DNA of 64,000 nt, taken from an uncultured Alphaproteobacteria bacterium. Its GTDB lineage: Bacteria; Pseudomonadota; Alphaproteobacteria; Thalassobaculales; Thalassobaculaceae. This document shows, piece after piece, positions 29,447 to 39,280 of this stretch. A program made the translations under genes and the position numbers. Location: contig CACHDV010000001.1 of NCBI GenBank assembly GCA_902578675.1, positions 24,065 through 88,064 of the forward strand. Direction: 5' to 3'. How positions within the stretch are numbered: position 1 is the first letter of the stretch; each line of letters starts with the position of its first letter. The notes under the pieces were generated by a model. It ran no database searches. It saw only the letters and a program-made list of their open reading frames with translations, and was not told the origin of the DNA.

Positions 29447-29484
29447 AGCTACATTTCTTGAACGAAATGACAAAGAGTAACATA

Positions 29485-30726
29485 ATGAAGAGCAAAGTTG
29501 AAACATTTGGTTGCCGTCTAAACGCATTCGAATCGAAGATTATCGAGGCTAATCTGCCTCCCGAAAGCAATGTATCACGCGTGGTTTTCAATTCCTGCGC
29601 GGTTACTTCTGAAGCTGTTCGGCAGGTAAAGCAATCCATAAGGAAAACGCGCAAACAAAACCCAGATGTCGAGATAGTAGTCACCGGTTGCGCAGCGCAA
29701 ATAGATCCAGACATATTCGAGCATATGGCTGAAGTTGACCATGTTATTGGCAATGAGGAAAAGCTTAGCCCGGATATTTGGTCGAGACTTTCCACTGAAC
29801 GCGTAATTGTTAACGACATTATGAACATAAAAGAGACTGCCCCACAAATGGTAGCTGGTTTCAAAGGACGGTTCAGGGCCTTCGCACAAATACAACAAGG
29901 ATGCGACCACAGGTGCACTTTTTGTATAATCCCCTATGGTCGTGGTAATAGTCGATCAGTGCCAATAGGCGAAATTGTTAAGCAATTTAGGTTGCTTATT
30001 AAAAATGGGTATAAAGAATTTGTTTTGACGGGGGTCGACATTACGTCTTACGGGCCTGACTTGCCTGGTCAACCTCGGCTTGGAACGATGATAAAACGGC
30101 TCTTAAAAAATGTGGAAGGCATAGAAAGATTAAGGTTATCTTCTGTAGACCCCAGTGAAATAGATGAAGATTTACTGGACTTAATCGCGAATGAAAAAAG
30201 ACTCATGCCCAGTCTCCATTTGAGCGTTCAAGCGGGCAACGATCTGATTTTGAAGCGAATGAAGCGGCGTCACTTAAGAGATGATGTTATCAAACTTTCA
30301 ACTTTGTTGCGGGAAATAAGGCCCGATATTGTGCTAGGAGCTGACTTAATCGCCGGTTTTCCAACGGAAACAGACGAAATGTTCAAACAGACCATTGATT
30401 TAATTTCTGATGCTGAACTGCTGCACCTACATATTTTCCCCTACTCCGCAAGAACCGGCACACCCGCAGCAAAAATGCCTCAAGTCACCTCTAAAATAAA
30501 AAAGATGCGGGCAAGATTATTAAGAGAAGCGGGGGCGGAGTTAGTGGCAGAACACCTGAGTAAAAGAGTTGGCAGAATTGAAACTGTTTTACTGGAGCAA
30601 AATGATACAGGTTATACGGACCAGTTTTTCCCAATGAAAGTATACGGAAATCATCAAGCCGGAGAGATAGTTACAGCCAAAGTTGATAATGTTATGGAAG
30701 ACAACACGTTAGTTGGGTCTACATAG
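29485..30726 (+). CDS. mtaB: tRNA t6A37 methylthiotransferase (MiaB-like, MtaB)
   Basis: N-terminal VETFGCRLN, radical-SAM CDHRCTFCIIP and a C-terminal TRAM-like region. Alternative starts lie at 29458 (TTG) and 29467 (ATG). Confidence 0.88.
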   Translation: MKSKVETFGCRLNAFESKIIEANLPPESNVSRVVFNSCAVTSEAVRQVKQSIRKTRKQNPDVEIVVTGCAAQIDPDIFEHMAEVDHVIGNEEKLSPDIWSRLSTERVIVNDIMNIKETAPQMVAGFKGRFRAFAQIQQGCDHRCTFCIIPYGRGNSRSVPIGEIVKQFRLLIKNGYKEFVLTGVDITSYGPDLPGQPRLGTMIKRLLKNVEGIERLRLSSVDPSEIDEDLLDLIANEKRLMPSLHLSVQAGNDLILKRMKRRHLRDDVIKLSTLLREIRPDIVLGADLIAGFPTETDEMFKQTIDLISDAELLHLHIFPYSARTGTPAAKMPQVTSKIKKMRARLLREAGAELVAEHLSKRVGRIETVLLEQNDTGYTDQFFPMKVYGNHQAGEIVTAKVDNVMEDNTLVGST

Positions 30727-30747
30727 TAGGAGAGGCCGAGTAATCTT

Positions 30748-31683
30748 ATGAGTGGTGACAATATCCAAAAGAGTTGGTTTAGTCGTTTAAAGGAAGGTTT
30801 ATCAGCTTCCTCTAATAAAGTCGTTTCTGGGATAACAGGAATTTTTACTGAAAAACGGCTTGATGAAGAAACGCTAGAACAACTCGAGGATTTGCTTATC
30901 AGTTCTGATCTAGGGGTGAATGTAGCTAACCGTCTCATAAAAACGCTCTCTGAGCATAAATTTGATAAGCAAGTATCAAACCGGGAGGTTAGAGAAACAT
31001 TTGCAAAAGATATAGAATTAATACTCGAACCCGTGGCAAAACCAATCCTAATCGAACAATCCCTAAAACCACATGTAATATTAGTTTGCGGCGTGAACGG
31101 CAGTGGTAAGACAACAACTATTGGAAAACTTGCTCAACAATGGAAAGCTGAAGGAAAATCAGTATGCCTGGCTGCTGGCGATACTTTCAGAGCAGCCGCC
31201 ATAGAACAACTTAAAGTCTGGGGCGAGAGGACACAAACACCAGTTATAATTCAACCACAAGGAACTGACCCAGCTGCAGTAGCTTATGATGCAGTCAAGA
31301 AAAGCATTGATGATAATCATGACGTACTGATTATCGATACAGCCGGCAGACTGCAAAACAGAGCGGAGCTTATGGATGAACTTGCAAAGATAGTTCGAGT
31401 TATTCAAAAAACTTTACCCGAAGCACCACATGAATGCCTTTTAGTCTTGGATGGAACAGTAGGGCAGAACGCGCATAGTCAAGTGGCAACGTTTAAAGAA
31501 ATGGTGAATGTAACAGGTTTAATAGTCACAAAACTGGATGGGTCGGCCAGGGGCGGAATAATTGTTGCTCTCGCAGAAAAATTTGCTCTTCCTGTTCACG
31601 CTGTTGGCGTTGGCGAAGCTATACAAGATTTACGGGCATTCGATCCTAAAGTTTTTGCACAAAGCTTAATGGGGCTGGATTGA
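30748..31683 (+). CDS. ftsY: Signal recognition particle receptor FtsY (short N-terminal form)
   Basis: 311 aa with GVNGSGKTTTIGK, DTAGR and TKLDGSARGG motifs. Confidence 0.95.
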   Translation: MSGDNIQKSWFSRLKEGLSASSNKVVSGITGIFTEKRLDEETLEQLEDLLISSDLGVNVANRLIKTLSEHKFDKQVSNREVRETFAKDIELILEPVAKPILIEQSLKPHVILVCGVNGSGKTTTIGKLAQQWKAEGKSVCLAAGDTFRAAAIEQLKVWGERTQTPVIIQPQGTDPAAVAYDAVKKSIDDNHDVLIIDTAGRLQNRAELMDELAKIVRVIQKTLPEAPHECLLVLDGTVGQNAHSQVATFKEMVNVTGLIVTKLDGSARGGIIVALAEKFALPVHAVGVGEAIQDLRAFDPKVFAQSLMGLD

Positions 31684-31761
31684 ATCATCAAATTAACAGC
31701 TCGACTCTAGAGCGGCAAAAGTTTCGGCGCCACCGGTAAGCGTATTTGGAGTATTTGAACC

Positions 31762-32814
31762 ATGTCTGAAACGAATTATTCCAGCTCATATAATCGCACA
31801 AATTTTTATAAGCAGATTGAAAAAAAATCTTTGACGCCTCTTTGGGAAGTAATGCAGGACCTGGTTCTTCCCAAGCCTAGCAGCCCGTGCATTCCAAAAA
31901 TTTGGAAATATGACGATATCCGAAAAGATATTTTAGAAGCAGGGGATATAATCAGTACAGAAGAAGCAGAAAGACGTGTTCTGATACTAGAAAACCCGGG
32001 ACTACCCGGGACTTCAAGAATAACTCGATCACTTTATGCTGGGATGCAATTAATATTACCAGGGGAAACCGCCAGAAACCATCGGCATACTCAGACAGCT
32101 CTGCGCTTTGTGCTGGAAGGTTCATCAGCATATACTACTGTTGACGGAGAAAAAACCTCAATGAAACGGGGTGACTTAGTAATCACCCCTTCATGGGGTT
32201 GGCATGAACATGGAAATGATGGAGATCATCCAACGATTTGGCTAGATGGGCTAGATATACCACTTGTTCAATTCCTTGATGCCAGCTTCGCCGAACCCTA
32301 TGAAGACAACACCAACCAACCTCTTCCTAAAGCCGAAGGGGACTCAATTGCTCGATACGGGAGTGGACTTGCGCCAGTCGATAATCCCTTCGATACACTT
32401 ACATCGCCCATCTTTAATTATTCATACTCAGCAACGCGTGACGCGCTAGAGAAAATGAAACGAAATGACAAATGGGACGCGTGCCATGGCCTTAAAATGA
32501 AATATGCTAACCCTCTTACTGGTGACTATGCTATGCCCACTATAGCAGCCTTTATACAACTTTTGCCTTCTGGTTTTATGGGACAAAAATATCGTTCTAC
32601 TGACAGTACCGTTTTTGTCTGTGTCGAAGGTGAAGGAAAGACCATCGTTAACGATTTGGAAATCAACTGGACTAAAAACGATACCTTCGTCATTCCCAGC
32701 TGGGTACAACACAGTCATAATTCTTATAACTCAGACGCCGTAATATTTAGCTTTTCAGACCGTGCAATCCAACAGAAATGCGGGCTCTGGAGAGAGAATA
32801 GGTATGGCAACTAA
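31762..32814 (+). CDS. Gentisate 1,2-dioxygenase-like bicupin dioxygenase
   Basis: 350 aa. N-terminal cupin has ARNHRHTQTALRFVLEG and WHEHGN metal-ligand motifs. A second cupin lies at the C-terminus. Confidence 0.85.
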   Translation: MSETNYSSSYNRTNFYKQIEKKSLTPLWEVMQDLVLPKPSSPCIPKIWKYDDIRKDILEAGDIISTEEAERRVLILENPGLPGTSRITRSLYAGMQLILPGETARNHRHTQTALRFVLEGSSAYTTVDGEKTSMKRGDLVITPSWGWHEHGNDGDHPTIWLDGLDIPLVQFLDASFAEPYEDNTNQPLPKAEGDSIARYGSGLAPVDNPFDTLTSPIFNYSYSATRDALEKMKRNDKWDACHGLKMKYANPLTGDYAMPTIAAFIQLLPSGFMGQKYRSTDSTVFVCVEGEGKTIVNDLEINWTKNDTFVIPSWVQHSHNSYNSDAVIFSFSDRAIQQKCGLWRENRYGN

Positions 32815-32858
32815 AATTAAAGCCTTTTAATTGAATCAACCACATTTGGCGAAAAAGC

Positions 32859-33653
32859 ATGCGCATAACAACTTGGAACATAAACTCCGTTAGACTCAGA
32901 ATAGGCCTGGCTCTTAAATTTCTAGATCGATCTAGACCTGACGTCTTGTGCCTGCAAGAGACCAAATGCCCGGACGAACAGTTTCCATTCGAGGCTTTTC
33001 GGGATATTGGCTACAAATACATCGCAGTGAATGGTATGAAGGCCTACAATGGCGTAGCGCTAATCTCAAGAGTTCCATTTGAGTCAGAATTGGCACTTGA
33101 TTGGACAGAACGGTCGGATTGCAGACACATCTCTGGTGTCTTTCCTGGCGACATTGAACTTCACAACTTTTATGTCCCCGCAGGCGGCGACGAGCCCGAT
33201 ATTGAGAGAAATGATAAATTTGCTCACAAACTCGATTTCATCAGTGAAATGACAGATTGGTTTAGCTCGAACCGAAAAAGATCAGATAAATTAGTCCTAG
33301 TTGGTGACCTTAATATTGCCCCGTTGGAATCAGACGTTTGGTCTCATAAGCAACTTGTTAAAGTCGTATCACACACCCCTATAGAAACCCTGAGCCTAAC
33401 GCGACTTCAAGAAACGCTTAACTGGATCGACACGACAAGATTTATTCACCCCGAACCTAAAAAACTTTATAGCTGGTGGAGTTACAGAGCACGAGACTGG
33501 AGTACATCCGACAGGGGGCGTAGATTAGATCACATTTGGGTGACACCTCCTTTAAAATCTAATATCGGTGAAGCATACATACTCCGAGAGGCGCGAGGTT
33601 GGGAGAAGCCATCCGATCATGTCCCCGTCACAACCAACTTGGATTTGGATTAA
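32859..33653 (+). CDS. xthA: Exodeoxyribonuclease III
   Basis: MRITTWNINSVR, LCLQETK, GDLNIAP and SDHVPV motifs. Confidence 0.93.
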   Translation: MRITTWNINSVRLRIGLALKFLDRSRPDVLCLQETKCPDEQFPFEAFRDIGYKYIAVNGMKAYNGVALISRVPFESELALDWTERSDCRHISGVFPGDIELHNFYVPAGGDEPDIERNDKFAHKLDFISEMTDWFSSNRKRSDKLVLVGDLNIAPLESDVWSHKQLVKVVSHTPIETLSLTRLQETLNWIDTTRFIHPEPKKLYSWWSYRARDWSTSDRGRRLDHIWVTPPLKSNIGEAYILREARGWEKPSDHVPVTTNLDLD

Positions 33654-33670
33654 CTGCCGGGGGTTACTGC

Positions 33671-34645
33671 TTACAATTCATCCTCAATAAAAGCCTGTAT
33701 AACAGCCTCCATCGACGTATCCTGAATGAAACCAAGATCCTTAGCTTTTCTTGTATCAAATTCTGGCGGCCAACCATTAACGATCTCTTGAATAAATGGA
33801 TCCGGGTCCCACTGAATTAAATTGGCTACGTCGTTACCTGCGAAGACCCTCAGAGTTTCTGCAATATCACCAATAGACATAGTAAATCCGGGCAGGGTCG
33901 TTTCTCTCGAAAATCCCCATTCATTTGCTGTTAAATTGTGGGCATGAACTATGTTTTGTACGATAGATCTAGGTGAAGCGAGAAACATTTTTGATTCTGG
34001 GGCAACGGGACAGAGAGCTGTTTGCCCTTGAAGGGGTTCTCTGATAATAGAACTTGCAAAAGTAGATGCGGCCTTATTAGGTTTTCCTGGTCTTACTACA
34101 ACCGTCGGAAAACGAAGTGCCCTTCCATCAATAAAACCTTTGCGAGAGTAGTCGTTTATCAATAATTCGCCTATCACCTTTTGCGTTCCATAGGACGTTT
34201 GGGGAGTTCGTGCTGTCATATCCTCAATTATTCTAGGCATGTCGCCTCCAAAGCCCGCACAAGAGCTTGCAAAAACAACTTTAGGTTTTGTTCGATTTCC
34301 CCTACATATTTCAAGGATATTTCGTGTGGCATCAAGATTGACTGACATGCCAAGATCAAAGTCTTCTTCGGCGCCCGCACTGACTATTGCCGCCAGATGA
34401 AAAATACTATCTGTCGATTGCGGAATAGCTTTTTCTAATAGAGCCCTATCGGTGATATCACCCGTTAATACTGTTACTCGTGGATCATTTTTTAACTCTT
34501 CCGGCGGATCTACAACATCGAGTAGAGTTAAATTTTCCACAGCCGAGGAAGCCCCGTCTTCCCCCACTAATTCATTAGCGGCTAGCAATCTTTCTGCAAG
34601 CTTCTTCCCCAGAAAACCGGAACCTCCTGTTATCGTAATGTTCAT
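33671..34645 (-). CDS. denD: NAD-dependent epimerase/dehydratase-fold dehydrogenase, D-erythronate dehydrogenase (DenD)-like
   Basis: ITGGSGFLG Rossmann motif, YGTQK catalytic pair and RFPTVVVRPGKPNKAASTFAS segment typical of DenD-like proteins. Adjacent to otnI and otnK homologues. Confidence 0.75.
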   Translation of the reverse strand: MNITITGGSGFLGKKLAERLLAANELVGEDGASSAVENLTLLDVVDPPEELKNDPRVTVLTGDITDRALLEKAIPQSTDSIFHLAAIVSAGAEEDFDLGMSVNLDATRNILEICRGNRTKPKVVFASSCAGFGGDMPRIIEDMTARTPQTSYGTQKVIGELLINDYSRKGFIDGRALRFPTVVVRPGKPNKAASTFASSIIREPLQGQTALCPVAPESKMFLASPRSIVQNIVHAHNLTANEWGFSRETTLPGFTMSIGDIAETLRVFAGNDVANLIQWDPDPFIQEIVNGWPPEFDTRKAKDLGFIQDTSMEAVIQAFIEDEL

Positions 34646-34663
34646 CCCAAACTTCTTCCTATG

Positions 34664-35437
34664 TTAAGTTTCGTGAAGCCAACTTAGTCCTTCTTCGGTG
34701 CTACCTTTCGGTCGATACTCACATCCAACCCAGCCTGTGTATCCCAATTTGTCCATTAATTGAAATAAATATGGATAGTTTACCTCTCCAACATTTGGTT
34801 CATGTCTTCCTGGTGTACCTGCTATTTGCATGTGAGCGCATATATCGATCAAATTTTCCATATGTATCGCGAGATCACCTTCCATAATCTGACAATGGTA
34901 AAGGTCGAATTGTAATTTAACATTGTCACAACCTACATCCTCAATAATCGATCGTGCTTGGCTTTGATAATTCAAAAAATATCCAGGGATATCTCGCGTA
35001 TTGATAGGTTCAATTATCAAAACTTTGCCATGTTTTTCCGCCACTGGTGCAGTTCGCTTTAAATTTTCAATCAATGTCTTTCTGTGATTTTTGGGATTAC
35101 CTCGTTCTGGGACAATCCCACTCATAGCGTGGATGTGAGTATTTCCGAGAACATCAGCGTATTCCAGCGCTATTTCTACCGCCTTTTCAAAATCACCCTC
35201 TCGTCCTGGGATTGAACCTAATCCTCTTTCATTCTTTTCCCAGTCACCGGGGCTGGTATTAAATAAGGCTAAATCTAGATTTGATTCTATAAGCTTCTCT
35301 TTTAGCATCGCCGGCTCGTAATCGTAGGGAAAAAGGAACTCAACGGCTTTAAATCCGGATTTTGAGGCAGCAGCAAAACGATCTAAAAAATCATATTCAT
35401 TGAACATCATAGAAATGTTTGCAGCAAAGTTTGGCAT
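34664..35437 (-). CDS. otnI: Hydroxypyruvate isomerase family protein, 2-oxo-tetronate isomerase (OtnI)-like
   Basis: 257 aa TIM-barrel of the Hyi family (FAANISMMF...GFKAVEFLFPY). Sits 18 nt downstream of denD. Confidence 0.75.
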   Translation of the reverse strand: MPNFAANISMMFNEYDFLDRFAAASKSGFKAVEFLFPYDYEPAMLKEKLIESNLDLALFNTSPGDWEKNERGLGSIPGREGDFEKAVEIALEYADVLGNTHIHAMSGIVPERGNPKNHRKTLIENLKRTAPVAEKHGKVLIIEPINTRDIPGYFLNYQSQARSIIEDVGCDNVKLQFDLYHCQIMEGDLAIHMENLIDICAHMQIAGTPGRHEPNVGEVNYPYLFQLMDKLGYTGWVGCEYRPKGSTEEGLSWLHET

Positions 35438-35543
35438 GTTGAATAAAACCTATTTTTCTGTGAAATTTAAAAAATTTTTGTCAGATCATATCAGACTACT
35501 GTAACTTCTACTTTTATCAAAGTTGGTTTACGAGGTAAATAAC

Positions 35544-36812
35544 ATGCCCATTACGCTCGGTTGCATAGCGGACGACTTCACTGGTGCGACAGATCTGGCG
35601 AATATGCTAGTCAAAGGTGGCTTAAAAACTATCCAGCTATTAGGAACTCCAAGCAAAAATGATGTTGTCCCTTCAGTAGATGCTGTAATAATCGCATTAA
35701 AAACGCGAACAATACCAGTAGGAGACGCAATCGAACAATCTGTACAAGCAATGAACTGGTTAAAAACCGCTGGAGCAAAACAGTTTTTCTTCAAGTACTG
35801 CTCCACGTTCGATTCAACAGATGAAGGTAACATCGGCCCGGTTATTGATGCCTTGATGGCAGGTTTAGAAACTCAGTTCACAATTGCTTGTCCTGCTTTT
35901 CCGGAAACAGAACGCACCATATTCAAAGGTCATCTGTTTGTAGGGGACAAATTATTATCCGATAGCCCAATGAAGGATCATCCGTTAACGCCTATGACGG
36001 ATAGTAATCTTGTTTCTACACTTAGCCGACAAACATCGCAGAAAGTTGGTTTGGTGGAATATACAAATATCTCAAGAGGGCCAACTGAAATCAGAAAAGC
36101 CTTTAATCAGCTTCAAAAAGGAGGTGTAGCAATAGCTGTTACTGATGTTTTAAATGATGAGCACCTTTACTTTTTGGGTGAGGCCGTTAAAGATTTTAAG
36201 TTGATTACCGGTGGCTCTGGGATTGCCCTTGGGCTACCATCTCAATTAAATTCGCACAAAAATCATAAAGAAGAAACAACAGTCCACAAACTACCCGAGG
36301 TTTTGGGTAAAGAACTTATTCTATCTGGTAGTTGTTCTGAAATGACACTTGCCCAAGTTAATGAATTTTCAAAAAAGTACTGCACACTTAAGCTAAACCC
36401 TGTTGAGCTGGCAGAAAGTAATTCTGCATTAGACAATGCTGTCGATTGGGTTATCCAAGCAAAAGGAAAAGAGCCAATTTTAGTTTATGCAAGTGCGCCG
36501 CCAGACGCCGTTAAAGAAGCTCAGCAAAAATTAGGACGAGACCTCGCTAGTAGTACTGTCGAAAATGCTTTAGCTAAAATCGCCCTTGCCGCAGTTCAAC
36601 ATGGTTTTCGCCGGATTGTAGTTGCTGGCGGTGAAACCGCTGGCGCTGTTGTATCTAATCTGGGCATTAAAGGGATTATGATAGGCGAGCAAATCGATCC
36701 TGGAGTACCAACTACCGTCTCAATTGGAAATCCATCAATAGGCTTAGTACTAAAGTCTGGAAACTTTGGTTCCGCAGACTTCTTTGAAAAAGCATTCAAA
36801 GTAATGCCATAA
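35544..36812 (+). CDS. otnK: Four-carbon acid-sugar kinase (DUF1537 family; 3-oxo-tetronate kinase OtnK-like)
   Basis: N-terminal LGCIADDFTGATDLANML and C-terminal VAGGETAGAV motifs of DUF1537 kinases. ATG 35544 is preceded by gagg. The longest ORF starts at 35523. Confidence 0.8.
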   Translation: MPITLGCIADDFTGATDLANMLVKGGLKTIQLLGTPSKNDVVPSVDAVIIALKTRTIPVGDAIEQSVQAMNWLKTAGAKQFFFKYCSTFDSTDEGNIGPVIDALMAGLETQFTIACPAFPETERTIFKGHLFVGDKLLSDSPMKDHPLTPMTDSNLVSTLSRQTSQKVGLVEYTNISRGPTEIRKAFNQLQKGGVAIAVTDVLNDEHLYFLGEAVKDFKLITGGSGIALGLPSQLNSHKNHKEETTVHKLPEVLGKELILSGSCSEMTLAQVNEFSKKYCTLKLNPVELAESNSALDNAVDWVIQAKGKEPILVYASAPPDAVKEAQQKLGRDLASSTVENALAKIALAAVQHGFRRIVVAGGETAGAVVSNLGIKGIMIGEQIDPGVPTTVSIGNPSIGLVLKSGNFGSADFFEKAFKVMP

Positions 36813-36879
36813 ATAGCAAAGCTAATGGCGGTAGAAAAACTGCTATATTACATTTGCTGCCTCTTAGAATTTAAGCCGC

Positions 36880-38175
36880 CTAGGTTTCCCGGCGCCGACC
36901 CACATGATTGGGATACCTCTTCATCAACAACAACAACAAAAGCAAGCCCGGTATGGCAATAACTACAGATATTATAAAAAACTCAATCCATCCAACCGCA
37001 TCAACTACATAACCAGACGGCGAAGACAATAAATTGCGCCCTAGGGACATAAAAGCAGACAAAAGTGCATATTGTGTGGCTGTAAAGGACGTGCTTGTTA
37101 GACTTGAGAGATAGGCCACAAATGCCGCAGTACCCATCCCACCGGTTACGTTCTCTATTGCTATTGTAAAAATTAAAACTTCAAGATCATTCCCCGAGGC
37201 CGCCTGATAAGCAAAAGCAAGATTTGAGACTGCTTGCAAAACACCTGTAATTATTAATGAGGCCAATAAACCAAATCTTTGTATCATTATGCCGCCGACA
37301 AATAGCCCCACTCCAAGTGCAATTACACCAAATAGTTTTGTAACTTCTGCTATTTCACTTTTTGAAAAACCTAGATCGATATAGAAAGGGTTAGTCATCA
37401 CGCCTAAGAACGCATCGCCCAGTTTAAATGTCACAATGAACAGTAATATCAGCACCCAACCGGGGCGCGAACTGAAATCAAGAAACGGTCTAACCACAAA
37501 TTGATAGATCCAACCACCCAAACCCAATTTGTTATTCGCAGGGCTCTCCATTTCGTCTGGTTCAGGACTAAATAGGACTAATAAACTGCCTGTTATTATG
37601 ATTAGGCCCATGATTAGATAGGCGTGGGTCCAAGACCAATAGTCTGCTAAATAAAGCGTCCCAGCTCCAGCCATTAACATTCCGGCACGATAGCCATAAG
37701 TTACCATCGCTGCACCCATGCCCTGCTGCTCTTCTTCAAGGATTTCAATCCTATACGCATCGATTACAATGTCTTGACTCGCGGAAAAAAAAGCTACAAG
37801 CACTGCGAAAACAGCCATTGATATGGGAGCATTCAAGGGGTCGCTGAATGCCAAATTTACGATAGCAAAAAGTAACATAACTTGAGACACTATAAGCCAG
37901 CCACGACGCCGGCCCAGAAGCGCTGTAACAAATGGCAATTTCAGACCGTCTATCAAAGGAGCCCAAATGGGCTTCAGGGCGTAAGGCAAACCAACCAAGG
38001 CAAACAGCCCAATGGTCGATCTGTCGACGCCAGCTTCACGCAGCCATGCGCTAAGTGTGCCAAACGATAGTAGAAGGGGAAGCCCACTCAAAAAGCCAAG
38101 GAACAGAATAATTAGCAATTTTCGCTGAAAATAGGGCAAGAGGTACTTGGCTAAAAACGAATAAATGTTAGCCAT
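36880..38175 (-). CDS. ampG: AmpG family muropeptide/MFS permease
   Basis: 431 aa, about 12 TM, with LGFLSGLPLLL and GRRRGW motifs of AmpG. Confidence 0.88.
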   Translation of the reverse strand: MANIYSFLAKYLLPYFQRKLLIILFLGFLSGLPLLLSFGTLSAWLREAGVDRSTIGLFALVGLPYALKPIWAPLIDGLKLPFVTALLGRRRGWLIVSQVMLLFAIVNLAFSDPLNAPISMAVFAVLVAFFSASQDIVIDAYRIEILEEEQQGMGAAMVTYGYRAGMLMAGAGTLYLADYWSWTHAYLIMGLIIITGSLLVLFSPEPDEMESPANNKLGLGGWIYQFVVRPFLDFSSRPGWVLILLFIVTFKLGDAFLGVMTNPFYIDLGFSKSEIAEVTKLFGVIALGVGLFVGGIMIQRFGLLASLIITGVLQAVSNLAFAYQAASGNDLEVLIFTIAIENVTGGMGTAAFVAYLSSLTSTSFTATQYALLSAFMSLGRNLLSSPSGYVVDAVGWIEFFIISVVIAIPGLLLLLLLMKRYPNHVGRRRET

Positions 38176-38179
38176 CGTA

Positions 38180-39190
38180 TTAATTAGACACAGCTACTCT
38201 GTCGATGAGGGGCATTAAACTTTCTTCAGGTCTTGCGCCAAACTGCGTAATTATTGAACTAGCAGCAAGGCCCCCTAGCCTACCGCACTGCCGTATATCC
38301 ATATCTCTTGTCATTCCGTAAAGGAAACCTGATGCGTAAAGATCCCCCGCCCCGGTCGTATCAATAACAGTATCTATTTTCTGTGCTGCTATCTCAAAAG
38401 CACGCCTATTTTCGATGACAATTGATCCCCTCGAGTCTCTCGTTACAGCCACTATCTCGCAATCATCTTGCACCAATCCTGTGGCTTCATTCAGGTTTTT
38501 GGTTTGATACAACGACAAGAGCTCGGTCTCATTACCAAAAAGTATATCCACGTGCATCCTAACAAGATCGATAAATTCCGAACGATAACGATCTACGCAA
38601 AACGCATCGGAAAGTGAAAGAGCTACTTTTGTATCGGCTGCTTTAGCGATATTTATGGCTTCAAGAAAAGCTTTTTTCGCGTTAGGGGGATCCCATAGAT
38701 AACCCTCTAAATAGAGAATTTTACTGCGGCCAATAAAATCCTTGGAAATATCTGAAGGTCGGAGCTCTGTGCTTGCCCCTAAGAACGTATTCATTGAACG
38801 TTGAGCATCAGGGGTCACGAATATAAGACATTTTGCGGTTGGCTCCCCTTCCGTAGCAGGAGGAGTTTCAAATATTATATTCAAACCTTCCATGCTGCGC
38901 TTGAACTGGTTTCCTGCTCGATCGTCTTTTACTTTCCCGATAAACCCGCATTTTGCACCCAAGTTACTTAATCCAACAATCGTGTTAGCCGCAGAACCTC
39001 CGCAGGTCGCAACAGGCGCTACCATTTCTTCTTCTAGGAAACGTGCTCTCTCGCTATCAATTAACTCCATCGCACCCTTTTGTATATTGACCTGTGTTAA
39101 AAAAGCATCATCAGACGACGCTATCATGTCGACAATGGCATTTCCAATTGCTATCACGTCTAGATCCCGTACCACTGGACATAATCCCAC
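38180..39190 (-). CDS. PfkB family carbohydrate/nucleoside kinase (adenosine kinase-like)
   Basis: 336 aa with IGNAIVD N-motif and DTTGAGDLYASGFLYG anion-hole/catalytic motif. GTG start. The stop lies 4 nt before the ampG start. Confidence 0.8.
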   Translation of the reverse strand: MGLCPVVRDLDVIAIGNAIVDMIASSDDAFLTQVNIQKGAMELIDSERARFLEEEMVAPVATCGGSAANTIVGLSNLGAKCGFIGKVKDDRAGNQFKRSMEGLNIIFETPPATEGEPTAKCLIFVTPDAQRSMNTFLGASTELRPSDISKDFIGRSKILYLEGYLWDPPNAKKAFLEAINIAKAADTKVALSLSDAFCVDRYRSEFIDLVRMHVDILFGNETELLSLYQTKNLNEATGLVQDDCEIVAVTRDSRGSIVIENRRAFEIAAQKIDTVIDTTGAGDLYASGFLYGMTRDMDIRQCGRLGGLAASSIITQFGARPEESLMPLIDRVAVSN

Positions 39191-39280
39191 TTCGTTCTAA
39201 TTAAAAATAAAATCACTATTCCATTATAAACACTTGCATGAGATATAACACAAGATCCTGTAGATTTAGGACAACGGCAA

